Shown: piece by piece, positions 18,659-29,139 of the stretch
Layout: every line of letters begins with the position of its first letter
Position numbering within the stretch: position 1 is the first letter of the stretch
Assembly: GCA_963705305.1 (NCBI GenBank)
Contig: OY970067.1
Location: 1,728,001-1,792,000, forward strand
Length of the DNA stretch: 64,000 bases
Source of the DNA: an uncultured Methylomirabilota bacterium
GTDB lineage: Bacteria > Methylomirabilota > Methylomirabilia > Methylomirabilales > 2-02-FULL-66-22
Reading direction: 5' to 3'
The notes under the pieces: model-generated
Databases searched by the model: none
Told to the model about the DNA's origin: nothing
The model's input: only the letters and a program-made list of their open reading frames with translations
Made by a program: the position numbers and the translations under genes

Positions 18659-19411
18659 TTACCCGATCAGGCGAATGGCCAGGAACCCCATCAGGATCAC
18701 GCCGCCCAGGGCCAGCGCCACCACATCCCTCTGCTGGAAGCCGATCTCGAGATAGGAAGTCCGCCGTCTCCGCGCTCCGAATCCCCGCGATTCGAGCGCC
18801 TTGGCCAGCTGGTCGGTGCTGCGAAGCGTCTGGAGGAGGATCGGCACCAGGAGAGGGATGTACGCCTTGAGCCGGGCCAGGAATCCTTTCTCCTCGAGGT
18901 CGAGGCCGCGCGAGCGTTGGGCCTCGATGACGGTGGCCGCCGTCCCGATGACTGTGGGCACCATGCGAATCCCGAGAGAGAAGGCGAAGGCGGCCCGGTA
19001 CGGAACCCGCAGGCGGATGAGACCCAGGACGATCTCCTCGATCCGCGTGGCGCTGAGGAAGATCAGGCCCGAGATGATCATCCCGTCGATCTTGATCGCC
19101 GCCCCGACCCCGTACGACAGGCTCTCCAGCGTCACCCGCCAGACCAGCGGCGTTGTCCCGCGCGCGACGACCGACCAGGTCACGATGGAAAAGACGGCGA
19201 TCCCGGCCAGGAGAGGCCAGATCCGCCGCAGGTTCCCCAGGGTCCCGCCCAGCGCCCCGTAGAGCAGCAGGATCCCCAGGAGGGCGGCGAGCGGCCCCGG
19301 CCGGGAGAACATCACCGCGGCGACGAAGCTCTCCAGCATCAGGAAGAGCTTCGTCCGGGGATCCAGCCGGTGGACCGGGCTGGCCGTGTCCACGTAGAGG
19401 AACAGATTCAT
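18659..19411 (-). CDS. ecfT: ECF transporter transmembrane T component
   Basis: HRLDPRTKL, AQRSRG, ALESRGF. Confidence 0.93.
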   Translation of the reverse strand: MNLFLYVDTASPVHRLDPRTKLFLMLESFVAAVMFSRPGPLAALLGILLLYGALGGTLGNLRRIWPLLAGIAVFSIVTWSVVARGTTPLVWRVTLESLSYGVGAAIKIDGMIISGLIFLSATRIEEIVLGLIRLRVPYRAAFAFSLGIRMVPTVIGTAATVIEAQRSRGLDLEEKGFLARLKAYIPLLVPILLQTLRSTDQLAKALESRGFGARRRRTSYLEIGFQQRDVVALALGGVILMGFLAIRLIG

Positions 19412-21093
19412 GGCCCGGCCTCGCGGGTCAGCGCACCCACCAGCTCCTCCTGGCTGAGGGCCGGGACGCCGAGACGGTTCGCCACCTGGACGACCGGAGG
19501 CGGGGTGAGCCCCAGGCCGGCCAGGCGCGCCTCGTCCGCGAAGACGTCGCGGGTGGGCCCGTCGGCCGCGATGCGTCCGTCCTGCATCAGCACGGTCCGG
19601 CGGGCATGGGCGGCCGCGACGTCCATGGCGTGGGTGATGATGACGATGGTGTAGCCGGCCTCGTTGAGCCGCCGGATCAGCCCCATCATGCCCTGGAGCT
19701 CGCGGTGGTCCAGGCCGGTTGTGGGCTCGTCCAGGATGATAACCTCCGGCTGCGTGGCCAGGACCCCGGCGACGGCCACGCGCTGCCGCCCTCCCTTCGT
19801 GAGGATGAAGGGGTCCGCGTCCTCGTACCCCGACAGCCCCACGGCCTCGAGCGCCTCCCCGACGCGACGGGCGACCTCCGGCCCGGAGAGCCCCTGGAGG
19901 CGGGGACCGAACGCGACCTCCTCCCGGATCCGCTCGGCGAAGATCTGGTGATCCGGGTTCTGGAAGACCAGGCCCACCTGCCGGCTGATGCCCGCGGCGG
20001 ATTGTCCCGCCAGGCCCCGGCCCAAGAGGCGGACCTCTCCCGCGGTCGGCTTGAGGATGCCGTTCAGGTGTTTGACCAGGGTCGTCTTGCCGCTCCCGTT
20101 CTGACCGAGGATCGCCACGAATTCGCCCCGGCCGATCCTGAGGGACACACCCTGAAGGGCGGCGGTCCCGTCCGGGTAGCGATGGGTCAGATCCCGAACC
20201 TCCAGAAGAGGCTCCCCGGACGCCGGGCGGGCGTCCGCCGCCCGCAGCCGGTCGATCGCCTGGGGGTCGGCGCGCCGGCCCGACCGCCGGATGGCGGTCG
20301 CCGCCTCCTGGGGATCGGCCCAGGGCCCGGCGAGGCCCAGGGCCCGCGCCAGGCGCGCCAGGCTGAAGGGCTTGACGCCCAGGGCCTCCAGGCGGTGCGG
20401 GATGGGCCAGAGCGTTTCCGGCGCGCCCTCCAGGACGATCCGTCCTTCCTCCAGGACCATCAGGCGATCCAGCCCTGCCAGCGCGTCGGTCTCGGGATCG
20501 ATCAGGATCAGGGTGAGCGGCCGGTCGCGCCGCAGCAGGGCGACGGCCTCCATGAGGTCCCGCCGTCCTGCCGGATCCAGGTCGCTGGCCGGCTCGTCCA
20601 GCACCAGCGCCCGGGGGGCGAGGGCCAGCACCGAGGCCAGGGCCAGGCGCTGCTTCTGGCCCCCCGACAGGGCGGCCGGCGACTTGTGATGGAGACCCGC
20701 CAGGCCGGTCAGGCGCAGGCAGTCCTCCACCCGGCGGACGATCTCCTCCCGAGGGACTCCCAGGTTCTCCGGGCCGAAGGCGGCCTCCAGCGCCACGGTG
20801 GTGGAGAAGAGCTGGGCCTCGAAGTCCTGGAAGACGAAGCCGATGGTCTCGGCCAGATCGCGGGGACGCCTGGCGCCCACGTCCTCGCCCGCCACCAGGA
20901 CCCGCCCGCGCATCTCGCCGCGGACGAGATGCGGGATCGTGCCGTTGAGGGTTGCCGCCAGCGTCGAGCGGCCGGCGCCGCTGGCGCCCAGGAGTCCCAC
21001 GGACTCCCCGACCGCGACCTGGCAGGTCACGTCGCGCAGGGCGGGCGAGGCGGCGGCGCGGTAGCGGAAGGCGACGTTCTCGAGATGGATCAC
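19408..21093 (-). CDS. ECF transporter fused double ATPase
   Basis: Two ABC domains (GASGAGRST, LSGGQKQR, LDEP; GQNGSGKTT, LDEP); GTG start. Confidence 0.92.
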   Translation of the reverse strand: MIHLENVAFRYRAAASPALRDVTCQVAVGESVGLLGASGAGRSTLAATLNGTIPHLVRGEMRGRVLVAGEDVGARRPRDLAETIGFVFQDFEAQLFSTTVALEAAFGPENLGVPREEIVRRVEDCLRLTGLAGLHHKSPAALSGGQKQRLALASVLALAPRALVLDEPASDLDPAGRRDLMEAVALLRRDRPLTLILIDPETDALAGLDRLMVLEEGRIVLEGAPETLWPIPHRLEALGVKPFSLARLARALGLAGPWADPQEAATAIRRSGRRADPQAIDRLRAADARPASGEPLLEVRDLTHRYPDGTAALQGVSLRIGRGEFVAILGQNGSGKTTLVKHLNGILKPTAGEVRLLGRGLAGQSAAGISRQVGLVFQNPDHQIFAERIREEVAFGPRLQGLSGPEVARRVGEALEAVGLSGYEDADPFILTKGGRQRVAVAGVLATQPEVIILDEPTTGLDHRELQGMMGLIRRLNEAGYTIVIITHAMDVAAAHARRTVLMQDGRIAADGPTRDVFADEARLAGLGLTPPPVVQVANRLGVPALSQEELVGALTREAGP

Positions 21094-21175
21094 GCCGGGA
21101 CCCCTCGGCGGCGTTCGGCGCGACCGGGGCCGGCTGCAGCAGCCCGTCGGCACGGAACGGTCGGCCCGGCCGCGC

Positions 21176-21964
21176 TCATGCCAGCCAACAGCCCACGAGG
21201 AAGAGCAGGAGGGAGGGGAGGGCGCCCAGGGCGACCCCCAGGCCGGTGCTGCCGGTCCCGAACCGGAACGGCAGCGCGGCGTAGAGCCCCGTGGAGATCA
21301 GCAGGCCGATCGCCAGGGCGCTGACACCTCCGATCCACATCAGCACGACGCCGATCCAGGGATAGGCCGGCCGGGAGATCTCATCGGGCTCCAGGATCTC
21401 GGTCCAGAGGATGTCCCACCGCCTGGCGCGCGGGAACATCAGCCACACCAGGAATGGTCCCAGGATCGCCGCCCAGAGGAAGTTGTTGAGGGTGATGACG
21501 GAGGCCAGGATCCCGAAGGGCACCAGTCCGAAGAGATCCGTGCCGTAGGCGACGATCGCGGCGCAGACGCCGCTGGCCAGGAAGGCGACCAGCAGATACT
21601 CGAGGAGCCAGCGCCCCGAGCGGCTGTCCAACGGCTGCCGCGAGGAGAGGAGCCCCATCCGGCCCCAGAGCTTGTAGGGGATGTACCCGTAGAAGAAGTT
21701 CCCGATGAAGCCGCCGATGCTGCCCAGGCCCAGCGTCCCGAAGAAGTCCCCGATGAGGTTCCCGAACGCCGAGCCCCAGGCGGCCGCCGGCCCGAACAGC
21801 AGGCTGAAGACCACGGGAATGGCATTGGCGGGCCGGAGCTCCGTGAAGCCGGGAATGAGGGGAATGCCCTTGAGGGGGATCAGGACGGCGGCATAGACGG
21901 CGGCGGTGAGGGCCACCAGGACCACCATCTTGGTGTGGCGCCACATCGTGAAGACTTCGCGCAT
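21176..21964 (-). CDS. ECF S-component, QueT-like family
   Basis: ALTAAVYAA...ELRPAN...FGPAAAWGSAFGNLIGD; first gene of the ECF operon. Confidence 0.75.
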   Translation of the reverse strand: MREVFTMWRHTKMVVLVALTAAVYAAVLIPLKGIPLIPGFTELRPANAIPVVFSLLFGPAAAWGSAFGNLIGDFFGTLGLGSIGGFIGNFFYGYIPYKLWGRMGLLSSRQPLDSRSGRWLLEYLLVAFLASGVCAAIVAYGTDLFGLVPFGILASVITLNNFLWAAILGPFLVWLMFPRARRWDILWTEILEPDEISRPAYPWIGVVLMWIGGVSALAIGLLISTGLYAALPFRFGTGSTGLGVALGALPSLLLFLVGCWLA

Positions 21965-22366
21965 GGAGGGGTCCTCTTCCTTCTTCTGCCCCGCGGCGGC
22001 GCCCGGCGGGGAACCGGCCGTAGGCTATCCAGGCCCCCCGGAGGTGTCAAGGCGAATCCCGCGCGGCCGGCACCCGGGCGCGATCGTTCCAGCCAGTGAC
22101 CCGGACGTGGAACGGTCCCCTTCGCTCCGAGCAACGCGACTACTACACCGCATCCGCTGGCCCTGCAGGTCTAGCTCCTCCGGCCCGACCCGAGACGCTG
22201 CGCCCGCGGACCAGCCGGGGACGGGCGCCTCGCAGGGGTCCGGGAGAGAGGACGCCGGGGCCTTTCTCCTTGCGCCCGGCATTCCCCCGTGGATAGAATG
22301 GCTCGAGGGGAAGGCAGCGTGGCACGCAGCATCCCACTGCACGTTTCGCGACAGGGAGAGTGGCGC

Positions 22367-22783
22367 ATGGCCGATTGCATCTTCTGCAGGATCGTGGCGG
22401 GCGAGGCCAAGGCCGACGTGATCTACGAGAACGAGAGCGTGCTGGCGTTCCTGGATATCCACCCGGCCTCCCGGGGCCACACCATGGTGATTCCCAAGCG
22501 GCACGCCGAGGGGCTGGACCACCTCGAGGACGGGCAGGTGGGGCCGCTGTTCCTGGGGGTCAAGGCCGTGATGGCGCTCCTGCACGCCGCCCTGAAGCCG
22601 GCGGGGATGAACGTGGGGTGGAACCACGGCTGGGCGGCGGGCCAGCATGTGAATCACCTGCACGTCCATCTCATCCCGCGCTACGCGGGCGACGGCGGCG
22701 GCGGCATCCAGTCGCTGATCCGGAGCTCCGCCAAGGAGGACCTGGCCAGCGTGGCCGCCCAGATCAAGGCGGCGGCCAGATAG
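22367..22783 (+). CDS. HIT family nucleotide hydrolase
   Basis: DCIFCRI, AFLDIHP, HLHVHL triad. Confidence 0.94.
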   Translation: MADCIFCRIVAGEAKADVIYENESVLAFLDIHPASRGHTMVIPKRHAEGLDHLEDGQVGPLFLGVKAVMALLHAALKPAGMNVGWNHGWAAGQHVNHLHVHLIPRYAGDGGGGIQSLIRSSAKEDLASVAAQIKAAAR

Positions 22784-22864
22784 GGCCCTCCCCTGCTCCG
22801 CCAGCCCACCGCCGTCCCCGGAGTCCGGGGATCCCGTCCGACACCGCGGGCCCGGGGGCCCCGC

Positions 22865-23587
22865 TTACCGGCCGAAGACCTGCTTCAGAAGATCCGTGAC
22901 CCGCGCGGCGGGGTCGGTCCGGATCTTCTTCTCTTCCTGGGCCAGCATGTAGAAGAGGCCGTCCAGCGCCTTGGTCACGACGTAGTGATCCACGTCGAGG
23001 CTCTCGGTCTTGACGAAGGGAATGGCTTGAAAGCGGCCCACCAGCTCCTTGTATCGTCGGGTCACCCCCACCTCGTCGGTCGCCTGGCGGACGATGGGAG
23101 TGAATGCCTCCACCAGCCGGTCCGTCGTCTTTCGCTTGAAGTATTCCGTGGCCGCGGTGTCGCCTCCCCCCAGGATCTGGCGGGCATCCTCGAAGGTCAT
23201 CTGGCCGATGGTGTCCCAGAAGATCTGCTTGGCCGCCGGCGCCGCCCGCTCGGCGGCCCGGTTCATGCTCAGGACGAACTCGTCGACCTGCGGACCGTAT
23301 CCCACGGCGCGCAGCCCCTCCTCCAGCGTGCGCAGCTTCTCGGGCATGAGAATCTTGATGGCCTCGTTTCGGAAGTAGCCGTCCGGCCGTCCGGTCAGAC
23401 TGACCGCGTTGGCCGTCCCGATGTGCAAGGCTTCCTTGAGGCCGGAGGCTATTCGGGCGTCGCTCGGTCCGGACGGCTGGCCCAGGCCGAGGCCTCCCAG
23501 CCCCTTGAGAATCTGGTCCATCTGCCCCCAGGCCGGCGCCGCCAGCAGGCTCACCAGGACCCCGACCGCCAGTGCGCACCGCGGCAT
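22865..23587 (-). CDS. DUF4197 domain exported protein
   Basis: [35 protein letters not shown]; signal peptide. Confidence 0.88.
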   Translation of the reverse strand: MPRCALAVGVLVSLLAAPAWGQMDQILKGLGGLGLGQPSGPSDARIASGLKEALHIGTANAVSLTGRPDGYFRNEAIKILMPEKLRTLEEGLRAVGYGPQVDEFVLSMNRAAERAAPAAKQIFWDTIGQMTFEDARQILGGGDTAATEYFKRKTTDRLVEAFTPIVRQATDEVGVTRRYKELVGRFQAIPFVKTESLDVDHYVVTKALDGLFYMLAQEEKKIRTDPAARVTDLLKQVFGR

Positions 23588-23633
23588 TCTCACCTTGCCT
23601 CCTCCGTTCCCACGCATCCCCCGCGTGATTCGG

Positions 23634-23670
23634 CCCCATTCCTGAGAACTCTCACCGCCAAGGCGCCAAA
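23634..23670. repeat. Partial copy of repeat family B
   Basis: CCCCATTCCTGAGAACTCTCACCGCCAAGGCGCCAAA. Confidence 0.6.
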
Positions 23671-23797
23671 CGTAAGCGTATGGGCCGTGCGCCTCGACGT
23701 CAAGCCTCCGGCGTGTGCGGGTGCGGCGGACGCAGCATGAACGGGCCCCGCAGGTTGGACTTGACAGGCTAGCAGATGGACTGAAAGAATCCCCGCC

Positions 23798-25009
23798 ATG
23801 TCCACGCCCCGCGCACGCGCCACGCTGGCGACCAGCTGCACGATCCACTGCCTGCACGACGGCTTTTCCGATCTTCTGTACGTGCTGTTTCCGGTGTGGG
23901 CCCGGGAATTCTCGCTGTCGTTCGCCCAGGTCGGCCTGCTGAAGACCGGCTACTCCGGGGCGCTGTCCTTGTTCCAGCTCCCCGCGGGCCTGCTGGCGGA
24001 ACGGGTGGGCGAGACGCGGCTGCTGGCGGCCGGGACGGCGTTGACGGCCCTGGGTTTTCTCTTCCTCGGCACCGCCGGCGGCTTCGCGGGCCTGCTCTTC
24101 ATCCTGGTGGCGGCCGGGCTGGGCTCGGGAGTGCAGCATCCGCTGTCTTCCTCCCTCGTGTCCCTGGCCTACGAGGGAGGGCCCCAACGCGTTGCGCTCG
24201 GCACCTTCAACTTCTCGGGGGACGTGGGGAAGACGCTCTTCCCCGCCTGCGTGGCCTTGGCGACCGGCTGGATCGGCTGGCGCTGGACGACGCGCGGCAT
24301 CGGCGGTCTCGGGATGCTGGCCGCCCTGGCCATCCTGGTGATCCTGTCGCGCCTGGCTCCGCCCCCGCCCCCCCACGCCAAAAAGGACCCTGCCGCCGGG
24401 GCCACAGCGGGCTGGGGAATCCGGGACCGCCGCGGCTTCGAGCTGCTGTCGGCGATTCACGGCATCGACAACGGCACCCGCACCGCCTTTCTCACCTACC
24501 TGCCGTTCCTGCTGCTCGGCAAAGGGGCCCCGTTCGATATCATGGGGCTGGCGCTCGGCCTGACCTTCATGGGGGGCGCCGCCGGCAAGTTCCTGTGCGG
24601 GGCCCTGGCCGAGCGCCTGGGGATCATTCGCACCGTGATCCTTACCGAGGCGGCCACCGGCCTGGGCATCCTGCTCCTCGTCCTGGTGACCTTCCATCCC
24701 GCGTTGTTCGTCCTGCCCTTTCTCGGGGTCGTACTGAACGGCACCTCGTCCGTTCTCTACGGCACAGTGGCCGAATTGGTGGTTCCGGAGCGCCGCTCCC
24801 GGGCCTACGGTCTGTTTTACACCGTGGGCATCGGCTCCGGAGCCCTGGCGCCCCCGATCTTCGGCCTGCTGTCCGACCGGGCCGGCGTTCCCACCACACT
24901 GGCGGCCATCGCCCTGCTCGTCTTCGTGACGCTCCCCCTGGCCCACCTCCTCCGCCCCACGCTCCTGGTCGGGACTGCCCGCGCCCAGAGAGTCCACGCA
25001 GCGCGCTAG
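23798..25009 (+). CDS. MFS transporter (Fsr-like)
   Basis: GLLAERVG and GALAERLG motif A; about 12 hydrophobic segments. Confidence 0.9.
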   Translation: MSTPRARATLATSCTIHCLHDGFSDLLYVLFPVWAREFSLSFAQVGLLKTGYSGALSLFQLPAGLLAERVGETRLLAAGTALTALGFLFLGTAGGFAGLLFILVAAGLGSGVQHPLSSSLVSLAYEGGPQRVALGTFNFSGDVGKTLFPACVALATGWIGWRWTTRGIGGLGMLAALAILVILSRLAPPPPPHAKKDPAAGATAGWGIRDRRGFELLSAIHGIDNGTRTAFLTYLPFLLLGKGAPFDIMGLALGLTFMGGAAGKFLCGALAERLGIIRTVILTEAATGLGILLLVLVTFHPALFVLPFLGVVLNGTSSVLYGTVAELVVPERRSRAYGLFYTVGIGSGALAPPIFGLLSDRAGVPTTLAAIALLVFVTLPLAHLLRPTLLVGTARAQRVHAAR

Positions 25010-25219
25010 TCCAATCCCGCGGCTGGGGCGAGTCTTCCGATGCCGCTGCGGGCGGGGAGGACGCTTCGACCGGGGTCGCGAGTGAGCCCGGCGTGCGGCG
25101 TCGCGAGCCGTCCAGACGATGGAGGGACCACCCGGGGAACCCAAGAGCCCCCTCTATGCCGCCGCACGCCTGGGGACCGAGAGGAGGGGCGGGAGAGAGC
25201 CACCGGCCCCTCACGGGGA

Positions 25220-25770
25220 TCACTTCTTTCCGACCGTCGCCAGGTAGATGGCGAACTGTCGCTCGCCGTCGAGGCCGAGCAGGCCGTTCACTTCATCGTC
25301 TTCGAAGGCCGCGATGGCGCAGACGCGCAGCCGATCGCCTCCGCCCTCGCGGCGGTCAGCGCGTGCTCCAGAGCCGAGAAGCGGTACAGGCCGGGCCCCA
25401 GCCCCTGCACCCTGTTCACTAGGACGGAGGTCTCGAACGCGTGCCGGGCTCCCGCGGAGGGGACGGTCCGAGTCGTTCGGACCCCGGGGGCGACCTCCGT
25501 GACCCCCTGGGTACACCAGAGGAGATACGACACCTCCTCCAGCGTCAGCGGGGTCGGCGCGTAGCTTCGCAGCGTCCGCCGCCCCCCGATGATCCGGCGG
25601 AGGCCGGCATCGTCCACCCCGAGATCCCCGGGTTGCGGGGGCGTGTGAGCGCACCGGCCGGATCGCGCGGCAGCTGAAGCGGCGGCTGAGGAATCCCCCT
25701 GGCATGCTCCGAGGGCTGCAGGTGGCGGTACTTTGTCCGCTCCAGGAACTCGCTGCCGATTCCTCCCACG
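25220..25770 (-). pseudogene. SagB/ThcOx nitroreductase-family gene, frameshifted and internally deleted
   Basis: Pieces in three frames: EFLERTKY...PQPPL / RRTLRSY...LLWCTQG...RTVPSAGARHAFET / VCAIAAFEDDEVNGLLGLDG...YLATVGK. Confidence 0.8.
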
Positions 25771-25964
25771 GTCGGACTCCCTTCCGTTATCGGCGGGCCC
25801 CTCCCTTCCCAGGCTTCGGTAAAAGTGGCCAACCCCGCCGGGGCGCCTGCATCCCGCCGGCACGCTGTCATTGCGACCCGACCGCAGCCGGCAAGGTCTG
25901 CAATTGGCCCTCCGCGCACACGTGAAGGGCGTGAGCGAGACCGGCCGGCGCCCTGTCCCGGAAA

Positions 25965-26003
25965 TGTCAGGGCCCCGCACCCTCCCCGTGCGGGGCCCTG
26001 ACA
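25965..26003. terminator. Perfect GC-rich hairpin downstream of the DAACS gene
   Basis: TGTCAGGGCCCCGCAC/GTGCGGGGCCCTGACA; no long T tract. Confidence 0.55.
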
Positions 26004-26048
26004 GCAACATCCTGCCGATTGGCTGCACCGCGCCCGCGCGGCAGATAC

Positions 26049-27296
26049 CTATGCTTTGGCCGTCGCGTGGACCGCGGTCGGGGCTGCGAGGTATTCGGCG
26101 CCGTACACACCCTCCGACTTGCTCACCGCCGCCGTGCAGACCATATCCCCGGTGACGTTCAGGCAGGTGCGCCCCATGTCCAGGATCACGTCGATCCCCG
26201 CGATGAGGGCCAGGCCCTGGATCGGCAGGCCCACCCCCTGCAGGACCATGGCCAGCATGATCAGGCCGGCGCTGGGCACGCCCGCCGTTCCGATGGAGCC
26301 CAGGGTGGCTAGCAGGATGATCATCAGGTACTGGCCGAAGCCGAGATGGACCCCGTAGATCGTCGCGATGAAGAGCGCCGCGATGCCCTGGTAGATCGCC
26401 GTCCCGTCCATGTTGATGGTGGCCCCCAGGGGCAGCGTGAAGCTGAAGATGTCCCGCGGCATGCCCGCCTTCTCCTCCGAGACCCGCATCGTCACCGGGA
26501 GGGTGGCGTTGCTGCTCCGCGTCACGAACGCCATGAAGCTGGCCTCGGACACGGCTGAGAAGAACCGCAGCGGGTTGACCCTGGCGATGAACCGCAGGAT
26601 CGACGTGTAGATGAGCGCCACGTGGACGAGGTAGGCGACGTAGCAGATCAGGATCAGATCGATGAAGGGCAGGAGCACCTCGGCGCCCTGCTTGGCCACC
26701 GTGGCCGCAATGAGCGAGAAAACGCCGATGGGGGCGTACCACATCACGATCATCGTGAGCTTGTACATGGCCTCAGCGCCGCTCTCCGCCATCTTGATCG
26801 CCAGCTGCCCCTTCTCCCCGGCCATGACGGCGGCCAGCCCGAACAGCAGGGCGAAAACGATGATGGGCAGGATGTCGCCCTTCGCCAGCGACTCGACCGG
26901 GTTGGTGGGGACCAGGTTGAGGAGGACTTCTCTCAGGTGGGGAACCGCGGGCGCCTTGTAGCCGGTCACCTCGGCCATCTTCATCCCGGCCCCCACATGG
27001 AAGATCCTGGCCAGGATGAGCCCAATGGTGACCGCAACCGCCGTCGTGGCCAGATAGATGCCGATGATCTTCACCCCCACGCGCCCCAGCTTCATCGGGT
27101 CGCTGATGGAGGCCACCCCTGTCAGCAGCGAGAAGAACACAAGGGGCACGATCAGCATCTTCAAGAGGCGGACGAACAGGTCGCCGAGCCAGCTGATGGA
27201 GAGGCTGGCCTGCTTGAACACGAGACCGAACAGCACACCGACCACGAATCCGATCAGAATGTATCCCAGCAGCCCGATCCTTCTTTCCTGTGCCAT
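26049..27296 (-). CDS. Dicarboxylate/amino acid:cation symporter (GltP-like)
   Basis: TRSSNATLP, PLGATINMDG, SIGTAGVP, DMGRTCLNVTGD. Confidence 0.94.
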   Translation of the reverse strand: MAQERRIGLLGYILIGFVVGVLFGLVFKQASLSISWLGDLFVRLLKMLIVPLVFFSLLTGVASISDPMKLGRVGVKIIGIYLATTAVAVTIGLILARIFHVGAGMKMAEVTGYKAPAVPHLREVLLNLVPTNPVESLAKGDILPIIVFALLFGLAAVMAGEKGQLAIKMAESGAEAMYKLTMIVMWYAPIGVFSLIAATVAKQGAEVLLPFIDLILICYVAYLVHVALIYTSILRFIARVNPLRFFSAVSEASFMAFVTRSSNATLPVTMRVSEEKAGMPRDIFSFTLPLGATINMDGTAIYQGIAALFIATIYGVHLGFGQYLMIILLATLGSIGTAGVPSAGLIMLAMVLQGVGLPIQGLALIAGIDVILDMGRTCLNVTGDMVCTAAVSKSEGVYGAEYLAAPTAVHATAKA

Positions 27297-27708
27297 GACT
27301 CTGCCCTCCATACGAATGCCGGCGCGGCCTTGCGGGTCATCAGAAGAAAAAGAAGGCACGCTCCCGGGCCAGGCCGCCCGGACGCATCAGAAAAAAATAG
27401 CCCTCCGGGGCTCCCGCCTCCCCAAAGGGCCGGATATCCATCCGCGCGACCGAGGAACGGAAACGTCCCTGGTCGGCCATTCGCCGTCAGCCGGCATGCC
27501 GTCCCCTTCACCCCTCCGAAGGGCCAGCGTCGAACGCGGCACGACACTATCTCCAACCTCAGGGAATTGTCAAGACGGGAAGCGGGATGGGCTCGGCGGG
27601 TAGACAAACGCATCGGTGGCTCTCGATCCTCGATCTGGGCGGCGTCCCGTGGCAGAATCGGCGCGGGGCCCCCGCTGGCCGGCGGAGACCCCGCGCGCCC
27701 TCGCTCCA

Positions 27709-29139
27709 CTACAACCCGAAGAACAGGATGTTCAGGATCAGCATCACGTCACGGAACGTCGAGCCCCGGTACTCCTTGGGCAAAAACTTCCGGTTCAGCC
27801 GGATGGTCAGGGCGGCCGAGGTGGCCATGGTGAAGTTGGCGATGTTGGCGCTGATGGCGAAGATCACCAGGGGCAGCGTGATGTTCACGAAGGCCACCCC
27901 CCAGGCGAAGAACACGACCAGCAGCGTATAGTAGACGCGGCGGATGTCCTCCTTGCCCCAACGGCGGATGCCCTCCACCCCCCACCACAGCATGTCCGTG
28001 GCCTGCCGGACGACCAGGTCCACGTTGCTGATGGCGGTGCTGTACAGGATCCAGAACCCGAAGAACAGCGCCAGGAACCAGCCGAAGTTGCCCAGCTGCT
28101 GGATCAGGCCGCTGGCGGTGGATGCGGCGATGCCCCAGGACGGGAGCTTCTGGCCGTGGGGAAGCGTCGCCACGTACAGGATCCCCGGGAGGAACATGCC
28201 CAGCATGGCGCCGCCGTAGAATATGAACCACTGGTCGATGTTCAGGAGCTTCCACCAGCCCTTGAAGCGGTCCAGGTTCTCCGGCGTCTGCGGGGCGACC
28301 TTGCCGACGTGCGAGACGTGGATCTCCTTGCCGCCCACGGCCGCGGGGATGTAGCCCACCTTGCTGCCCATCCCGTAGCCCTTGTCCCGGTACCAGTTGC
28401 TGATGGCGTTGTTTCCGAAGCCCCCGTACGCCGAGTAACCGACCAGCGCCCCGAGGAGCAGCAGATCCACGCCCTTCGGCACGAAGCCGAACGTGAAAAA
28501 GCCTTTGAAGCCCTCCAACCAGACGGAGCCGGGAACGATATAGAGGTCCAGGAGGAAGAGCCCTCCCAGGACCACGATCATCATGATCCAGTTGGCCCAC
28601 TCCAGCGTCCGCTCGATGGTCTTCCCCAGGCAGATGATCAGACAGCAGGAGGCGAACACGACGTACCCCCAGATGAGCACGGTGCCCTTGTCGGGGGCTC
28701 CCGGAATCCGACCGAGCTGGAAGGCCGCCAGGGCCGTCGCCGCCCCCAGGGCCCATCCCGGCAGGGCGCGCTCCAGGAAGCCCACGATGGTGAACAGCCA
28801 TCCCCAGAAGGCCTTGCCGGGAGCCAGGCGCATGAAGCCTACGGTGACGGGCTCCCCGGTGTAGAGCGTGTAGCGGCACATCTCCAGGTTCAAGAAGACC
28901 TGGAGGATCGAGGACACGGTCGTGATCCAGAGGAGCGCCAGGCCCCACTGGACGAAGAGTGAGGGGCCGACCAGCCATTCACCGCCCCCGATGGTGCCGC
29001 CAAGGGCGATGACGGCCGGCCCTAGGACGGCCATCAACTTTCGGAAGCTCAGGTCTCGCGGTGGGGCCGGAAAGTCGTCTTGCTCAAAGCGCGGACCGCA
29101 ACCCGGGTCCGTTTTGGACAACACTGCCTCCGGACTCAT
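27709..29139 (-). CDS. Nramp/YcsG-like APC superfamily transporter
   Basis: LGPAVIALGGTIGGGEWLVGP, RYTLYTGE; many TM segments; GAGGAAAGG RBS. Confidence 0.8.
   Translation of the reverse strand: MSPEAVLSKTDPGCGPRFEQDDFPAPPRDLSFRKLMAVLGPAVIALGGTIGGGEWLVGPSLFVQWGLALLWITTVSSILQVFLNLEMCRYTLYTGEPVTVGFMRLAPGKAFWGWLFTIVGFLERALPGWALGAATALAAFQLGRIPGAPDKGTVLIWGYVVFASCCLIICLGKTIERTLEWANWIMMIVVLGGLFLLDLYIVPGSVWLEGFKGFFTFGFVPKGVDLLLLGALVGYSAYGGFGNNAISNWYRDKGYGMGSKVGYIPAAVGGKEIHVSHVGKVAPQTPENLDRFKGWWKLLNIDQWFIFYGGAMLGMFLPGILYVATLPHGQKLPSWGIAASTASGLIQQLGNFGWFLALFFGFWILYSTAISNVDLVVRQATDMLWWGVEGIRRWGKEDIRRVYYTLLVVFFAWGVAFVNITLPLVIFAISANIANFTMATSAALTIRLNRKFLPKEYRGSTFRDVMLILNILFFGL

Noticed and set aside
21965..22030. 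preQ1 riboswitch before the QueT-like gene
   Set aside because: A CCGG-TTC hairpin is present but the adjacent A-rich tail is missing
19153..25144. Very long antisense or alternative-frame ORFs (e.g. 19153..21324 +, the 5' part of 22865..25144 -, also 37216..39483 +)
   Set aside because: Shadow ORFs of well-supported genes in high-GC DNA; Arg/Pro/Gly-rich with no motifs
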